Source of the DNA: Candidatus Velamenicoccus archaeovorus
GTDB lineage: Bacteria; Omnitrophota; Gorgyraeia; Velamenicoccales; Velamenicoccaceae
DNA length: 32,000 bases
Direction: 5' to 3'
Assembly (NCBI RefSeq): GCF_004102945.1
Contig: NZ_CP019384.1
Span: forward strand, 840,001-872,000
Shown here: positions 1 to 7,721 of the stretch, piece by piece
How the letters are laid out: every line of letters begins with the position of its first letter
How positions within the stretch are numbered: position 1 is the first letter of the stretch
Made by a program: the position numbers and the translations under genes
The notes under the pieces: model-generated
Seen by the model: only the letters and a program-made list of their open reading frames with translations
Database searches by the model: none
Told to the model about the DNA's origin: nothing

Positions 1-657
1 GATGTCAACAATTTGTGCTTCAAGTGAAGGCATTAAATGGGGTTCTAGCTCTCTGGGGATGCGCGCCTTGTCGTAGGAAGTGGTGTGTTTGACGATCCCC
101 TCGCGCGTTTCCCATGTCAGATTGAGGCCCGGGAATTCCGGATAACGCTCCTCGAGTTTATCGACGATCTTTAAGGTGTGGAGATTGTGGTTGAAGCCGC
201 CGTAGTCCTTCATGAGCTTGTTGAGGATCTCTTCTCCTGCGTGGCCGAAAGGCGTGTGGCCGAGATCATGCGCCAGCGAAAGCGCTTCCGTAAGTTCTTC
301 ATTGAGCCTCAGGGCCTTGGCCAGGGTTCGTGCGATCTGCGAGACTTCCAGGGAGTGGGTCAGGCGGGTGCGGTAGTAATCGCCCTCGTGGTTGACAAAG
401 ACCTGGGTTTTGTATTCCAGCCTTCTGAAGGCGGCGCTGTGGATGATGCGGTCGCGGTCGCGTTGATAGAGGCTGCGATAGGCGTGTTCCGGTTCTTTGT
501 AGCGGCGGCCGCGGGAATCTTTCGACTTGGCCGCGTAAGATGCCAGATACCGGTCTTCCAGTTCGTGGATGTTGACTCCTCCAGGAAAGACCGGAACTTT
601 TTCTGTCGATGAGGTTTGAGCGGCGGCTTTCCTGACGGCCTTGACGGGAGAATTCAT
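1..657 (-). CDS. dgt: dGTP triphosphohydrolase-like HD-domain protein (N-terminal 219 aa; C-terminus lies beyond the window start)
   Basis: Absent from the ORF track because it runs off the edge. My translation from ATG at 657-655: [10 protein letters not shown]...[28 protein letters not shown]...[19 protein letters not shown]...[16 protein letters not shown]. This gives the HD motif and the dGTPase-family signature. The start forms an ATGA overlap with the stop of the upstream HIT gene. Confidence 0.85.
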   Translation of the reverse strand, partial: MNSPVKAVRKAAAQTSSTEKVPVFPGGVNIHELEDRYLASYAAKSKDSRGRRYKEPEHAYRSLYQRDRDRIIHSAAFRRLEYKTQVFVNHEGDYYRTRLTHSLEVSQIARTLAKALRLNEELTEALSLAHDLGHTPFGHAGEEILNKLMKDYGGFNHNLHTLKIVDKLEERYPEFPGLNLTWETREGIVKHTTSYDKARIPRELEPHLMPSLEAQIVDI

Positions 658-1124
658 CGCGTCAGTTCCTTGTATAAAGATTGCAGAGATTGAGAAATTA
701 CTTTCGTATCGGCGATGACGGGCATAAAGTTCGAATCTCCCCGCCATCGCGGCACGACATGGATGTGAAGATGGCCTTCAATGCCGGCGCCGGCCACGCG
801 TCCCTCGTTGATCCCGATATTGAATCCTTCGGGTTTCAGGATCTTCCGCAGGAGCGCCTGGGATTTTTTGAGGCAGTCCATCAGATCCGACATTTCCTCC
901 CTGCTTAGCCTGTCCAAGGAGGCAACATGGCGCGAGGGCGCCACCATGATATGGCCGTTGTTATAAGGGTAAATGTTGAGCATGGCCAAGGAAGTGCGGG
1001 TGCGCAGGAAGACATAATGCCTGCAGTCGTTTTTCTTCAGGCGGGCATGGCAGAAAAGGCATCCCTTTTCTTTTTTGATCTTTTTGATGTAGCCGATCCT
1101 CCACGGAGCCCAGAGTTTATTCAT
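654..1124 (-). CDS. HIT-family nucleotide hydrolase/phosphorylase (Ap4A-phosphorylase-like)
   Basis: Histidine triad [11 protein letters not shown]. The N-terminal [10 protein letters not shown] plus CLFC is typical of the Rv2613c-like HIT branch as I recall it. I chose the internal ATG (MNKLWAPW, 1124) over the TTG at 1223, because family members start just before LWAPWR. Confidence 0.8.
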   Translation of the reverse strand: MNKLWAPWRIGYIKKIKKEKGCLFCHARLKKNDCRHYVFLRTRTSLAMLNIYPYNNGHIMVAPSRHVASLDRLSREEMSDLMDCLKKSQALLRKILKPEGFNIGINEGRVAGAGIEGHLHIHVVPRWRGDSNFMPVIADTKVISQSLQSLYKELTR

Positions 1125-1229
1125 TCCGCCAGACCCCCCTCTTCTTGTGGATTTCACGCCATAAGACGCCGGTGTCATCGTAAAACACAAGTTTCCCGGG
1201 AGATGTTTCATCGTAAGATGCAACGGGAT

Positions 1230-1718
1230 TCATGGCCCTATCCTTTCGATCTTTGCGCGCAAGTCTCCGTTGATCTCGACGATCCCGAAGGTATTATATG
1301 GAGCAAAGATCTTGTCGGTGGGGCTTCCCGGATTGAGATAGGTCGTCTTGCCGGATTTTTCCTGGAAAGGCGTGTGCGAATGTCCGAAAACGACGAGGTC
1401 GAAGGAATTATCGAAATTTTCCTTGATTGTTTGCAGCATCATCGCGGGGTTGCCGTAACCATGCATGATGCCGATTTTGAAATTTTTGACGGTGAATGTT
1501 TCTTTTTCTTTCAGATGCTCGCGTAACTCCGGGGTATCCATGTTGCCGAGGACCGCCTTGAGCGGTTTGAGATGCCTGATCTGCTGATAGAGATCATAAG
1601 ATGTAAAGTCGCCCGCATGAATGACGAGATCCGATTGTTTTATTTCTGAGACGAGCTGGACTGGGAGTTCTTCATATCTGTCCGGTATATGGGTATCGGA
1701 AATGATGCAGATGCGCAT
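1230..1718 (-). CDS. YfcE/MJ0936-family metallophosphoesterase
   Basis: MRICIISDTHIP..., GDF..., GNMD, GHSH motifs of calcineurin-like phosphoesterases; 162 aa. The start shares 1 nt (TAATG) with the stop of the upstream ATPase gene. Confidence 0.85.
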   Translation of the reverse strand: MRICIISDTHIPDRYEELPVQLVSEIKQSDLVIHAGDFTSYDLYQQIRHLKPLKAVLGNMDTPELREHLKEKETFTVKNFKIGIMHGYGNPAMMLQTIKENFDNSFDLVVFGHSHTPFQEKSGKTTYLNPGSPTDKIFAPYNTFGIVEINGDLRAKIERIGP

Positions 1719-3343
1719 TATTTTATGATCCCCGGTTTGCCGTAGAGTTCCAAGAGGTCATTGATGTTTTCGATACCCCAGGTGGCGATACGGGATTCTT
1801 TGGCCAGGAGTTTTGCATTGCGGTCGATCTCTCCCAGTCCGATGATGATCTTGTGTACCTTTTTCTGTTTGAAGGATTTGACCATGGCAATGAATTCCGT
1901 GACGTCGTGTTCGTTGATGCCGTCTTCTTTGATGGCGGCGATCCAGAGGTTGTCCTGGGTTTTACCGAAGATGCCGACGCGCAGATTGGAATTTTCGAAC
2001 GTGACGAGTTTAAGCTCTTTGAAGGCGTCGAGCTGGAATTTCTTGCGGTCGATGAGGATCTCATCGTCGATCTCGAACTGGTTGAAGACTTCGCAGATCC
2101 TGTCGGCAACCGGTTTTTTGGAGACGTTGAAGAAGGCGTCGATCTCGTTTTGGATCTGGCGGTGGAAATGGGCCACCTGTTCCGTCAGGTCGTGGCTCAA
2201 GCTGTTAAGTTTTTCCGCGTGGGCGAATTTGAGCCAGAAGGCCAGAAGCCTGTCCGTGATGACATAAAAAGATCCGTTCTTGGTCAGGATGCCGAGATCG
2301 ATGAGTTTGTTGCATTTCTGGATGACCTGTGAACGTTGCTGTCTTAACTGGGGCGCCAGGTCTTTGAGGCGGTTTTTTCCAAGGGCGACGGCATCCAGAA
2401 GATAGACGAAGTCGTTTTTATTGCGTCCGAGGGTCAGGAGGGCCAGGCGCATCGTGAAGCGCAGGTTGAAGACCCCCCAGTCGTGGAAGAGGAGCTTTTC
2501 AAGGGTCTGGATGAGGATGTCGGCGGTCAGGGTTTTTTGCTGGGCGGCGCGGCATGCAACGGCCGCTTCTTCGGAAAGGATCTTGAGGTAAAACGGGTGG
2601 CCTCCCGTGAAGTAGATCAGGAAATCCATCAGATCTTTCGAGATCTCGACATCGCCGAAGATTTTCGCAATGATCCGTTCGCTGCCGGGCCCTGTGAAAT
2701 TTTCCAGTTCCAGCGTTTCAAAATTCCCGAAGAGAAGCGAAAGGTCGCTCAGGAGGATGTCTTTGGCAAGGGCTTTATGGGAACTGGAAAAGATAAAAAG
2801 GGTGTTCTTCTGCAGCATGATCCTTTTGCCGAGATCGCTGCAGATCTCGTCATACCCTAGTTTTTTCAGGTGGTGGAATTCGTCGAAGACGATGACGATC
2901 CGGCGCTGGCTTTCCGTAGCGAAGAGGTCGAAGAGGTCGAAGAGCTCCGAAAACAGCCGTTCGGGGCGGTCTTTATCAATTTTTTTCAATAGGGATTCCG
3001 CAGCTGCCGCCGTTTGGGGCAGGAGGTCTTTGGTGCGTTTGACCAGGATGTCCAATGTTTCTCTGGAGGAGAGAAGCTGGGCGTCTTTAAGATAGTTGAA
3101 CAAAAGGCTGTTGAGGCATCTTTTGAGGAAGAGGGAATATTCATGGGGGAAGATTTCCACATAGATCGGGATGATCCCCTCTTCTTTGAACCCGTCCAGG
3201 AATTTCTTCAGAACGGTGGTCTTGCCGATCAGCTCTTCGCCGAGGATAGCGACATTCTGCCGGTATCCGTCCCGGAAATCCGAGAGGCGTTTATGGAGCA
3301 GATCCAAGATTTCTTTGCGTAAAGACGCAATGACGTTATCCAT
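1718..3343 (-). CDS. P-loop ATPase of the archaeal-ATPase (PF01637-like) type with wHTH and a DUF234/PD-(D/E)xK-like C-terminal domain
   Basis: Walker A GEELIGKTT, Walker B IVIVFDEFHHL, and the TGGHPFYL motif typical of this family. A wHTH-like segment follows (LIDLGILTKNGSFYVITDRLLAFWLKF). The C-terminus has restriction-endonuclease-like topology. Start set to ATG 3343 (MDNVIASL), 1 nt after the nlpD-like stop, rather than the overlapping ORF start at 3430. Confidence 0.75.
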   Translation of the reverse strand: MDNVIASLRKEILDLLHKRLSDFRDGYRQNVAILGEELIGKTTVLKKFLDGFKEEGIIPIYVEIFPHEYSLFLKRCLNSLLFNYLKDAQLLSSRETLDILVKRTKDLLPQTAAAAESLLKKIDKDRPERLFSELFDLFDLFATESQRRIVIVFDEFHHLKKLGYDEICSDLGKRIMLQKNTLFIFSSSHKALAKDILLSDLSLLFGNFETLELENFTGPGSERIIAKIFGDVEISKDLMDFLIYFTGGHPFYLKILSEEAAVACRAAQQKTLTADILIQTLEKLLFHDWGVFNLRFTMRLALLTLGRNKNDFVYLLDAVALGKNRLKDLAPQLRQQRSQVIQKCNKLIDLGILTKNGSFYVITDRLLAFWLKFAHAEKLNSLSHDLTEQVAHFHRQIQNEIDAFFNVSKKPVADRICEVFNQFEIDDEILIDRKKFQLDAFKELKLVTFENSNLRVGIFGKTQDNLWIAAIKEDGINEHDVTEFIAMVKSFKQKKVHKIIIGLGEIDRNAKLLAKESRIATWGIENINDLLELYGKPGIIK

Positions 3344-3344
3344 G

Positions 3345-4049
3345 TCAATCCAGATAAAAGAGCGGGTTTTGCGGCCTGTGTTTTCTGCGGATTTCAAAAT
3401 GGAGCGAGTCCGTATCCTTGCCGGAAACATTGCCTGCCTTGGCGAGGACGGTCCCCTGTTTGACTTCGTCCCCCAGCTTGACGCTGGATGTCGCGTAGCC
3501 GCAGTAGACGGTGCGTAATCCGTCTTTATGATCCAGGATGATGGTCTGTCCGTATCCCGTCAGCTTTCCGATGAAAACAACCCGCCCGTCCCGCGAGGCC
3601 ATGATGTTTTGCGTGTCGCGTGTCGAAATGTCGATGCCTTTATTGTTGGCTCCCCTGGTTTTTTGACGGAAATAGGCTGTGATGTGTCCCTTGATGGGCC
3701 AGATGAAGTCTTCGGTGCCGCCGCCGGCCGTAAAATTGGATGCCGGCGTAATTTTCTTGCGTTGTCCTCCGGGGATGACGAGCCTTTGGCCTGCCGAAAT
3801 TATCGTTGAATCCTGGATTTTGTTGAAACGGGCAATCTCTTCCGGGTCCGTTTGGTACATGCGGGCGATGCGCCAGAGGGTTTCTCCTGCGGCGACCGTA
3901 TGTGTGGTTGCCGGTAATGAGGAAGAAGGCGATACGACGGGCAGGGCGGCAACGGTGTCTTGACGGGCTTGGGGCGTTGTTGGTGCGCTTGCGCATGCAG
4001 ATAATCCAACCACAAGCCATACAGCTACGAGGAATTTTATGTAAGACAT
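3345..4049 (-). CDS. nlpD: NlpD-like lipoprotein: LysM domain plus degenerate LytM/M23 domain (probable amidase activator)
   Basis: Signal peptide with lipobox (VVGLSAC). LysM segment HTVAAGETLWRIARMY...GQRLVIP. The M23 core carries NKGIDI and SLHFEIR in place of HxGxD and HLHFE, the same degenerate pattern as E. coli NlpD. Confidence 0.85.
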   Translation of the reverse strand: MSYIKFLVAVWLVVGLSACASAPTTPQARQDTVAALPVVSPSSSLPATTHTVAAGETLWRIARMYQTDPEEIARFNKIQDSTIISAGQRLVIPGGQRKKITPASNFTAGGGTEDFIWPIKGHITAYFRQKTRGANNKGIDISTRDTQNIMASRDGRVVFIGKLTGYGQTIILDHKDGLRTVYCGYATSSVKLGDEVKQGTVLAKAGNVSGKDTDSLHFEIRRKHRPQNPLFYLD

Positions 4050-4125
4050 ATAATGAAACCGACAGCTAAACGAATTTTAAGCGAGCAAGAGGAATCCCCG
4101 GCAGGGAACCCACAAATTTTTCCTA

Positions 4126-4196
4126 AGCGGGTGAGCGGAATCGAACCGCCGTGTACAGCTTGGGAAGCTGCCATTCTACCATTGAATTACACCCGC
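4126..4196 (-). tRNA. tRNA-Gly (anticodon CCC), 71 nt, no encoded CCA
   Basis: Hand-folded cloverleaf on the minus strand: GCGGGTG-TA-ATTC-AATGGTA-GAAT-G-GCAGC-TTCCCAA-GCTGT-ACAC-GGCGG-TTCGATT-CCGCT-CACCCGC-T. It has a 7-bp acceptor stem, a TTCGATT T-loop and CCC at positions 34-36. Confidence 0.9.
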
Positions 4197-4246
4197 AAAT
4201 CAGGTAGCTCGCAAATTTTTAAACATCCTGTCCGCACAGGTGTTTT

Positions 4247-4275
4247 ATTCTATCACCAGGAGGAATCTTCGTCAA
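4247..4275 (-). promoter_or_regulatory. Sigma70-type promoter for tRNA-Gly (TTGACG-17 nt-TAGAAT)
   Basis: Minus strand: -35 TTGACG (4275-4270), 17-nt spacer, -10 TAGAAT (4252-4247). It lies about 50 nt upstream of the tRNA 5' end and directly after the thiC stop. Confidence 0.6.
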
Positions 4276-4281
4276 TAAGTC

Positions 4282-5613
4282 TTAATGATGGCTTTTGGCT
4301 TTTTTACCGGTAGGTCTGCCTTTGGCGATCGGCCGGGTCGGCAGGCAGGTATCGATGAGTCTGATCGAGCAGAATTCTCCGCACATGGTGCAGACGCCTT
4401 TGGTTTTTGGTTTGGAAGACAGTTTGTATTCTTTCGTTTTTTTGGGGTCGATGGCACACCGGATCTGTTTCTGCCAGTCCCTGTGCTTTCTGGCGATAGC
4501 CATAAGACGGTCTTGTCCGGCAGCGCCCTTGAGGCCGCGGGCGATGTCGGCGGCATGGGCGGCGATCTTTGATGCCACGATCCCCTGGCGGGTATCTTCT
4601 ACGGACGGATGGCGGATATGCTCGGCAGGAGTCAGATAACACAGGAAGTCGGCGCCGTAATATGCGGCCAAGGCCCCTCCGATCGCACCCGTGATGTGGT
4701 CGTATCCGGCTCCGATATCCGTTACCAGAGGGCCCAGGACGTAAAATGGGGCCCCATCGCAGATTTTTTTCTCCAGCTCCATATTTTTTTTGATTTCATG
4801 CAAGGGGATATGTCCGGGGCCTTCGATAATGACCTGGACGCCGGCTTTTCTGGCTCTCTGCGTCAATTTTCCGAGTTCTTTCAGTTCGGCTATCTGGGGG
4901 GCGTCTGTTGCATCGGCAATACATCCCGGCCGCATGCCGTCGCCGAGGCTCAGGGTGATCCTGTAACGCCGCGCAATGTCGAGCACCCTGTCGAAATATT
5001 CGAAGAGAGGATTTTCTTTTCCATTTTTCCTCATCCAGTTGACGAGGATGGCCCCTCCCCGGCTGACGATATCCAGGAGCCTTCTGGACTTCAGGAAGAC
5101 TTCAAGACTTTTTTTGTTGATGCCGCAATGGATCGTGAAAAAATCAACTCCATCGCAGGCCTGTCCTTCCAGCACATCGAAGATGTCCTCGGCCTCCATC
5201 TTGAGAAAAGAACCCCGTTTTTTTTGTGCCCCCATGGCGGCCTCGTAGATCGGAACGGTGCCGACTGGAAGCGGTGATGCCTCAAGGATAGACCGGCGTA
5301 TTTTTTTTAAATCGCCCCCCAGGCTCAGGTCCATGACGGCGTCTGCGCCGAGGTCGACGGCCAAGGCGAGCTTTTCGAGCTCTGCTTTAAGGTTGATCTT
5401 GTCCGGCGATGTTCCGAGATTTACATTGATTTTAGTGGAGAGATTCTCCCCGATGCCGCAAGGGGACGTGATTTGTCTGCGGTTATTGAGCGGGATGACG
5501 CAACGGCCGGCGGCCACGCTTTTGAGGAGTGTTTCGCAAGAGATCTTCTCTTTTTCGGCGGCGAGCGCGGCCGTTGCACGGAAATGTTCATCTCGGAGCA
5601 GTTCATTATACAT
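4282..5613 (-). CDS. thiC: Phosphomethylpyrimidine synthase ThiC (radical SAM)
   Basis: 443 aa with full-length ThiC-like sequence and the C-terminal CTMCGEFCS cluster motif (CxxCxxxxC). Start overlaps the thiE stop by 8 nt. Confidence 0.95.
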   Translation of the reverse strand: MYNELLRDEHFRATAALAAEKEKISCETLLKSVAAGRCVIPLNNRRQITSPCGIGENLSTKINVNLGTSPDKINLKAELEKLALAVDLGADAVMDLSLGGDLKKIRRSILEASPLPVGTVPIYEAAMGAQKKRGSFLKMEAEDIFDVLEGQACDGVDFFTIHCGINKKSLEVFLKSRRLLDIVSRGGAILVNWMRKNGKENPLFEYFDRVLDIARRYRITLSLGDGMRPGCIADATDAPQIAELKELGKLTQRARKAGVQVIIEGPGHIPLHEIKKNMELEKKICDGAPFYVLGPLVTDIGAGYDHITGAIGGALAAYYGADFLCYLTPAEHIRHPSVEDTRQGIVASKIAAHAADIARGLKGAAGQDRLMAIARKHRDWQKQIRCAIDPKKTKEYKLSSKPKTKGVCTMCGEFCSIRLIDTCLPTRPIAKGRPTGKKAKSHH

Positions 5614-6253
5614 GGTTTTTTTTCAAAATGGCTTTGAGTTTACGGGTTGTTGAGGCGATATCCTTTGCCAGGCAGATTTCCCTGCAGACGGCTGTGCGGT
5701 CCGACCCGGCCGACAGGATGCTTGGGAGACGGCCGAGATCGATGCCGCCGATGGCAAAGACAGGTCGAGATGTCAAGGAGAGGGCTTGACGCAAAAGTGC
5801 TAATCCGCGGGGACGCATGCCGGGCTTGGTAAGAGTGGCAAAAACAGGTCCGAATCCCAGGTAGTCGACCGGCATTTTGCGGCTTGCGCGCACGTCCTTT
5901 AAGCTATGGCATGAGATGCCGATAAGCGCATCTGGGCCGAGCAATTTCCTGGCCACGGCAACGGGCGCATCATCCTGGCCTAAATGGACGCCGTCGGCGT
6001 CAACCGCTTTCGCGACATCGATACGGTCGTTGACGATGAACAGGCGTCCGGCCTTGCGGGTCATGGATGCCAGCGGTTTGGCGAAGGCGATCATTTCCCT
6101 TGCCATGGACGTCTTGTCGCGTAATTGCACGATGTCCACGCCGCCTGCAAGCGCTGCAGCCATGATGCTTTTAAGTTTTTGCGGCCCGCAGACGTCTTTA
6201 TCGAGGATCAAGTAAAGACGGGAATTTTTTAAGACTTGTTTTTTCCAATTCAT
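5606..6253 (-). CDS. thiE: Thiamine-phosphate synthase ThiE
   Basis: LYLILD..., GVDIVQLRDK, IGISCH, DYLGFGPVFAT.TK, VFAIGGI motifs of the ThiE TIM barrel. ATG at 6253. Confidence 0.9.
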   Translation of the reverse strand: MNWKKQVLKNSRLYLILDKDVCGPQKLKSIMAAALAGGVDIVQLRDKTSMAREMIAFAKPLASMTRKAGRLFIVNDRIDVAKAVDADGVHLGQDDAPVAVARKLLGPDALIGISCHSLKDVRASRKMPVDYLGFGPVFATLTKPGMRPRGLALLRQALSLTSRPVFAIGGIDLGRLPSILSAGSDRTAVCREICLAKDIASTTRKLKAILKKNHV

Positions 6254-6647
6254 AAGTGTCGAAGCGCGTCTTTTGGATTTTTCGGCTGGCCTGGTTGTCC
6301 AGCAGTTTTAAAAATTCCTCAAGGACCCGGAGGGCCTCTTTTGTCCTCTGCATGTTCGCCAAAAAAAGGTGGGCCGTAGAGCGTTTCGTCGTCTTATTGG
6401 CGAATGTCCTGCCAGGGTCTTGCGCGCTCTTGCGTTCCAGGACCATCCTGAGGCGGTCGACACGGCTGGATTTGAGGATTTTTGTTACGGCATGGCGCAG
6501 GCAGCGCAGGCGTCGGCTGAGAGATGCGTCTTTGAGGCAAAATCTTGCGATGTCTTCGCAGACCCGCAGGCCTTCTTTGGCGCGGTTGACATTTGCGTCC
6601 AAGACCCTGTAAATTTCTCTTTCGGCGTCTTTGGAATTTTTTTGCAC
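6198..6647 (-). CDS. ThiD2-like domain protein (the domain often fused to the N-terminus of ThiE)
   Basis: IYRVLDANVNRAKEGLRVCEDIARF resembles the ThiD2/ThiE-N-terminal family as I recall it. GTG start at 6647. The 3' end overlaps thiE by 56 nt in another frame. Confidence 0.6.
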   Translation of the reverse strand: MQKNSKDAEREIYRVLDANVNRAKEGLRVCEDIARFCLKDASLSRRLRCLRHAVTKILKSSRVDRLRMVLERKSAQDPGRTFANKTTKRSTAHLFLANMQRTKEALRVLEEFLKLLDNQASRKIQKTRFDTYELEKTSLKKFPSLLDPR

Positions 6648-6661
6648 TCGGTTTTTGGAGT

Positions 6662-7132
6662 TTAAGATAACCGCCTGATCTTCTCAATGATTGCGGTTGT
6701 CGATCTGTTTTTGATATAAGGGATTACGCAGACCTTGCCTCCGTCGGCGAGGACTTCTTCGGCGCCGACAATGCGGGAGACGTTCCAGTCGCCCCCTTTG
6801 GCCAGGACATCGGGTTTGAGCGCCCTGATGAGTTCCAGGGGCGTGTCCTGGCGGAACAGAACGACATAGTCCACGCATGCCAGGGCCGCCAGGACGTGCG
6901 CCCTGTCTGTTTCATCGTTGACGGGCCGTTTTTTTCCTTTCAGGCGGCGGACAGAGACATCGCTATTGAGTCCGACGATGAGAATATCGCCGAGTGTTTT
7001 GGCTTTTTCCAGGTAGGCCACGTGTCCGTAATGCAGGATGTCAAAACAGCCGTTGGTAAAGACGACTTTTTTCGCGGAAGAACACCGTAAAATATCTTTC
7101 AGGCGGCGGAGCGTTACGATTTTTTTGTGCAT
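6662..7132 (-). CDS. hldC: D-glycero-beta-D-manno-heptose-1-phosphate adenylyltransferase (RfaE/HldE domain II type)
   Basis: VVFTNGCFDILHYGHVAYLEKAKTLGDILIVGLNSD...RLKG..RPV...DTP..LI..LKPDVLAKGGDW closely matches the nucleotidyltransferase half of HldE. 156 aa. Confidence 0.85.
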   Translation of the reverse strand: MHKKIVTLRRLKDILRCSSAKKVVFTNGCFDILHYGHVAYLEKAKTLGDILIVGLNSDVSVRRLKGKKRPVNDETDRAHVLAALACVDYVVLFRQDTPLELIRALKPDVLAKGGDWNVSRIVGAEEVLADGGKVCVIPYIKNRSTTAIIEKIRRLS

Positions 7133-7135
7133 GGC

Positions 7136-7705
7136 CTACGCGCGGTCTTCGATCATCTGGCAGATGATATGGATGACAAGGATGTGGATTTCCTGGATCC
7201 GGGCTGTTGTTTTTGAAGGGACGATCAAGGCCAGGCCGGCTTCCTGGGCCAGCCCTCCTCCTGTGCCGCCTGTCAGGGCGATCGTTTTCAGGCCTTTGGC
7301 TTTGGCGGTCTGGACGGCAGCCACGACATTTTTGGCCCCTCCGCTTGTCGAGATGGCAAAGGCAATGTCCCCGGCGCGTCCCAAAGCTTCGATCTGGCGC
7401 GCGAAGACCCTGCTGAAATCGTAATCGTTGCCGATGGCGCTCAAGAGGGATGTGTCCGTCGTGAGTGCAATGGCCGCATAGGCTTCCCGTTCTTTCTGGA
7501 AGCGGCTGACGAGTTCTGTGGCGAAGTGCTGGCTGTCGGCTGCGCTTCCGCCGTTGCCGAAGATAAGGACTTTGTTCCCTGATTTCAGGGCAGCCGCAAT
7601 CATGCCGGCCGCCTTCTCGATGCGGGAAACCGCATCCTCGTCCTGCAGGATCCTGGTATGAATATCCAGAGAATCCCGCAGAAGGGTTTTAATGGCTTGC
7701 TTCAT
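7136..7705 (-). CDS. gmhA: Phosphoheptose isomerase GmhA (SIS domain)
   Basis: LIFGNGGSAADSQHFATELVSRF and FAISTSGGAKNV motifs. Start set to ATG 7705 (MKQAIKTLL), preceded by AAGGA, rather than 7783, which would overlap the pfk 3' end. Confidence 0.9.
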   Translation of the reverse strand: MKQAIKTLLRDSLDIHTRILQDEDAVSRIEKAAGMIAAALKSGNKVLIFGNGGSAADSQHFATELVSRFQKEREAYAAIALTTDTSLLSAIGNDYDFSRVFARQIEALGRAGDIAFAISTSGGAKNVVAAVQTAKAKGLKTIALTGGTGGGLAQEAGLALIVPSKTTARIQEIHILVIHIICQMIEDRA

Positions 7706-7721
7706 CTTCTTATCCTTCGGC

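Noticed and set aside
4053-4313. 86-aa plus-strand ORF.
   Set aside because: It spans the tRNA-Gly gene and its promoter on the opposite strand, and it has no protein-like features.
6517-6522. CTGAGA, a fragment of the TPP-riboswitch core.
   Set aside because: It is on the plus strand inside the ThiD2-like CDS, without the remaining TPP-box elements.
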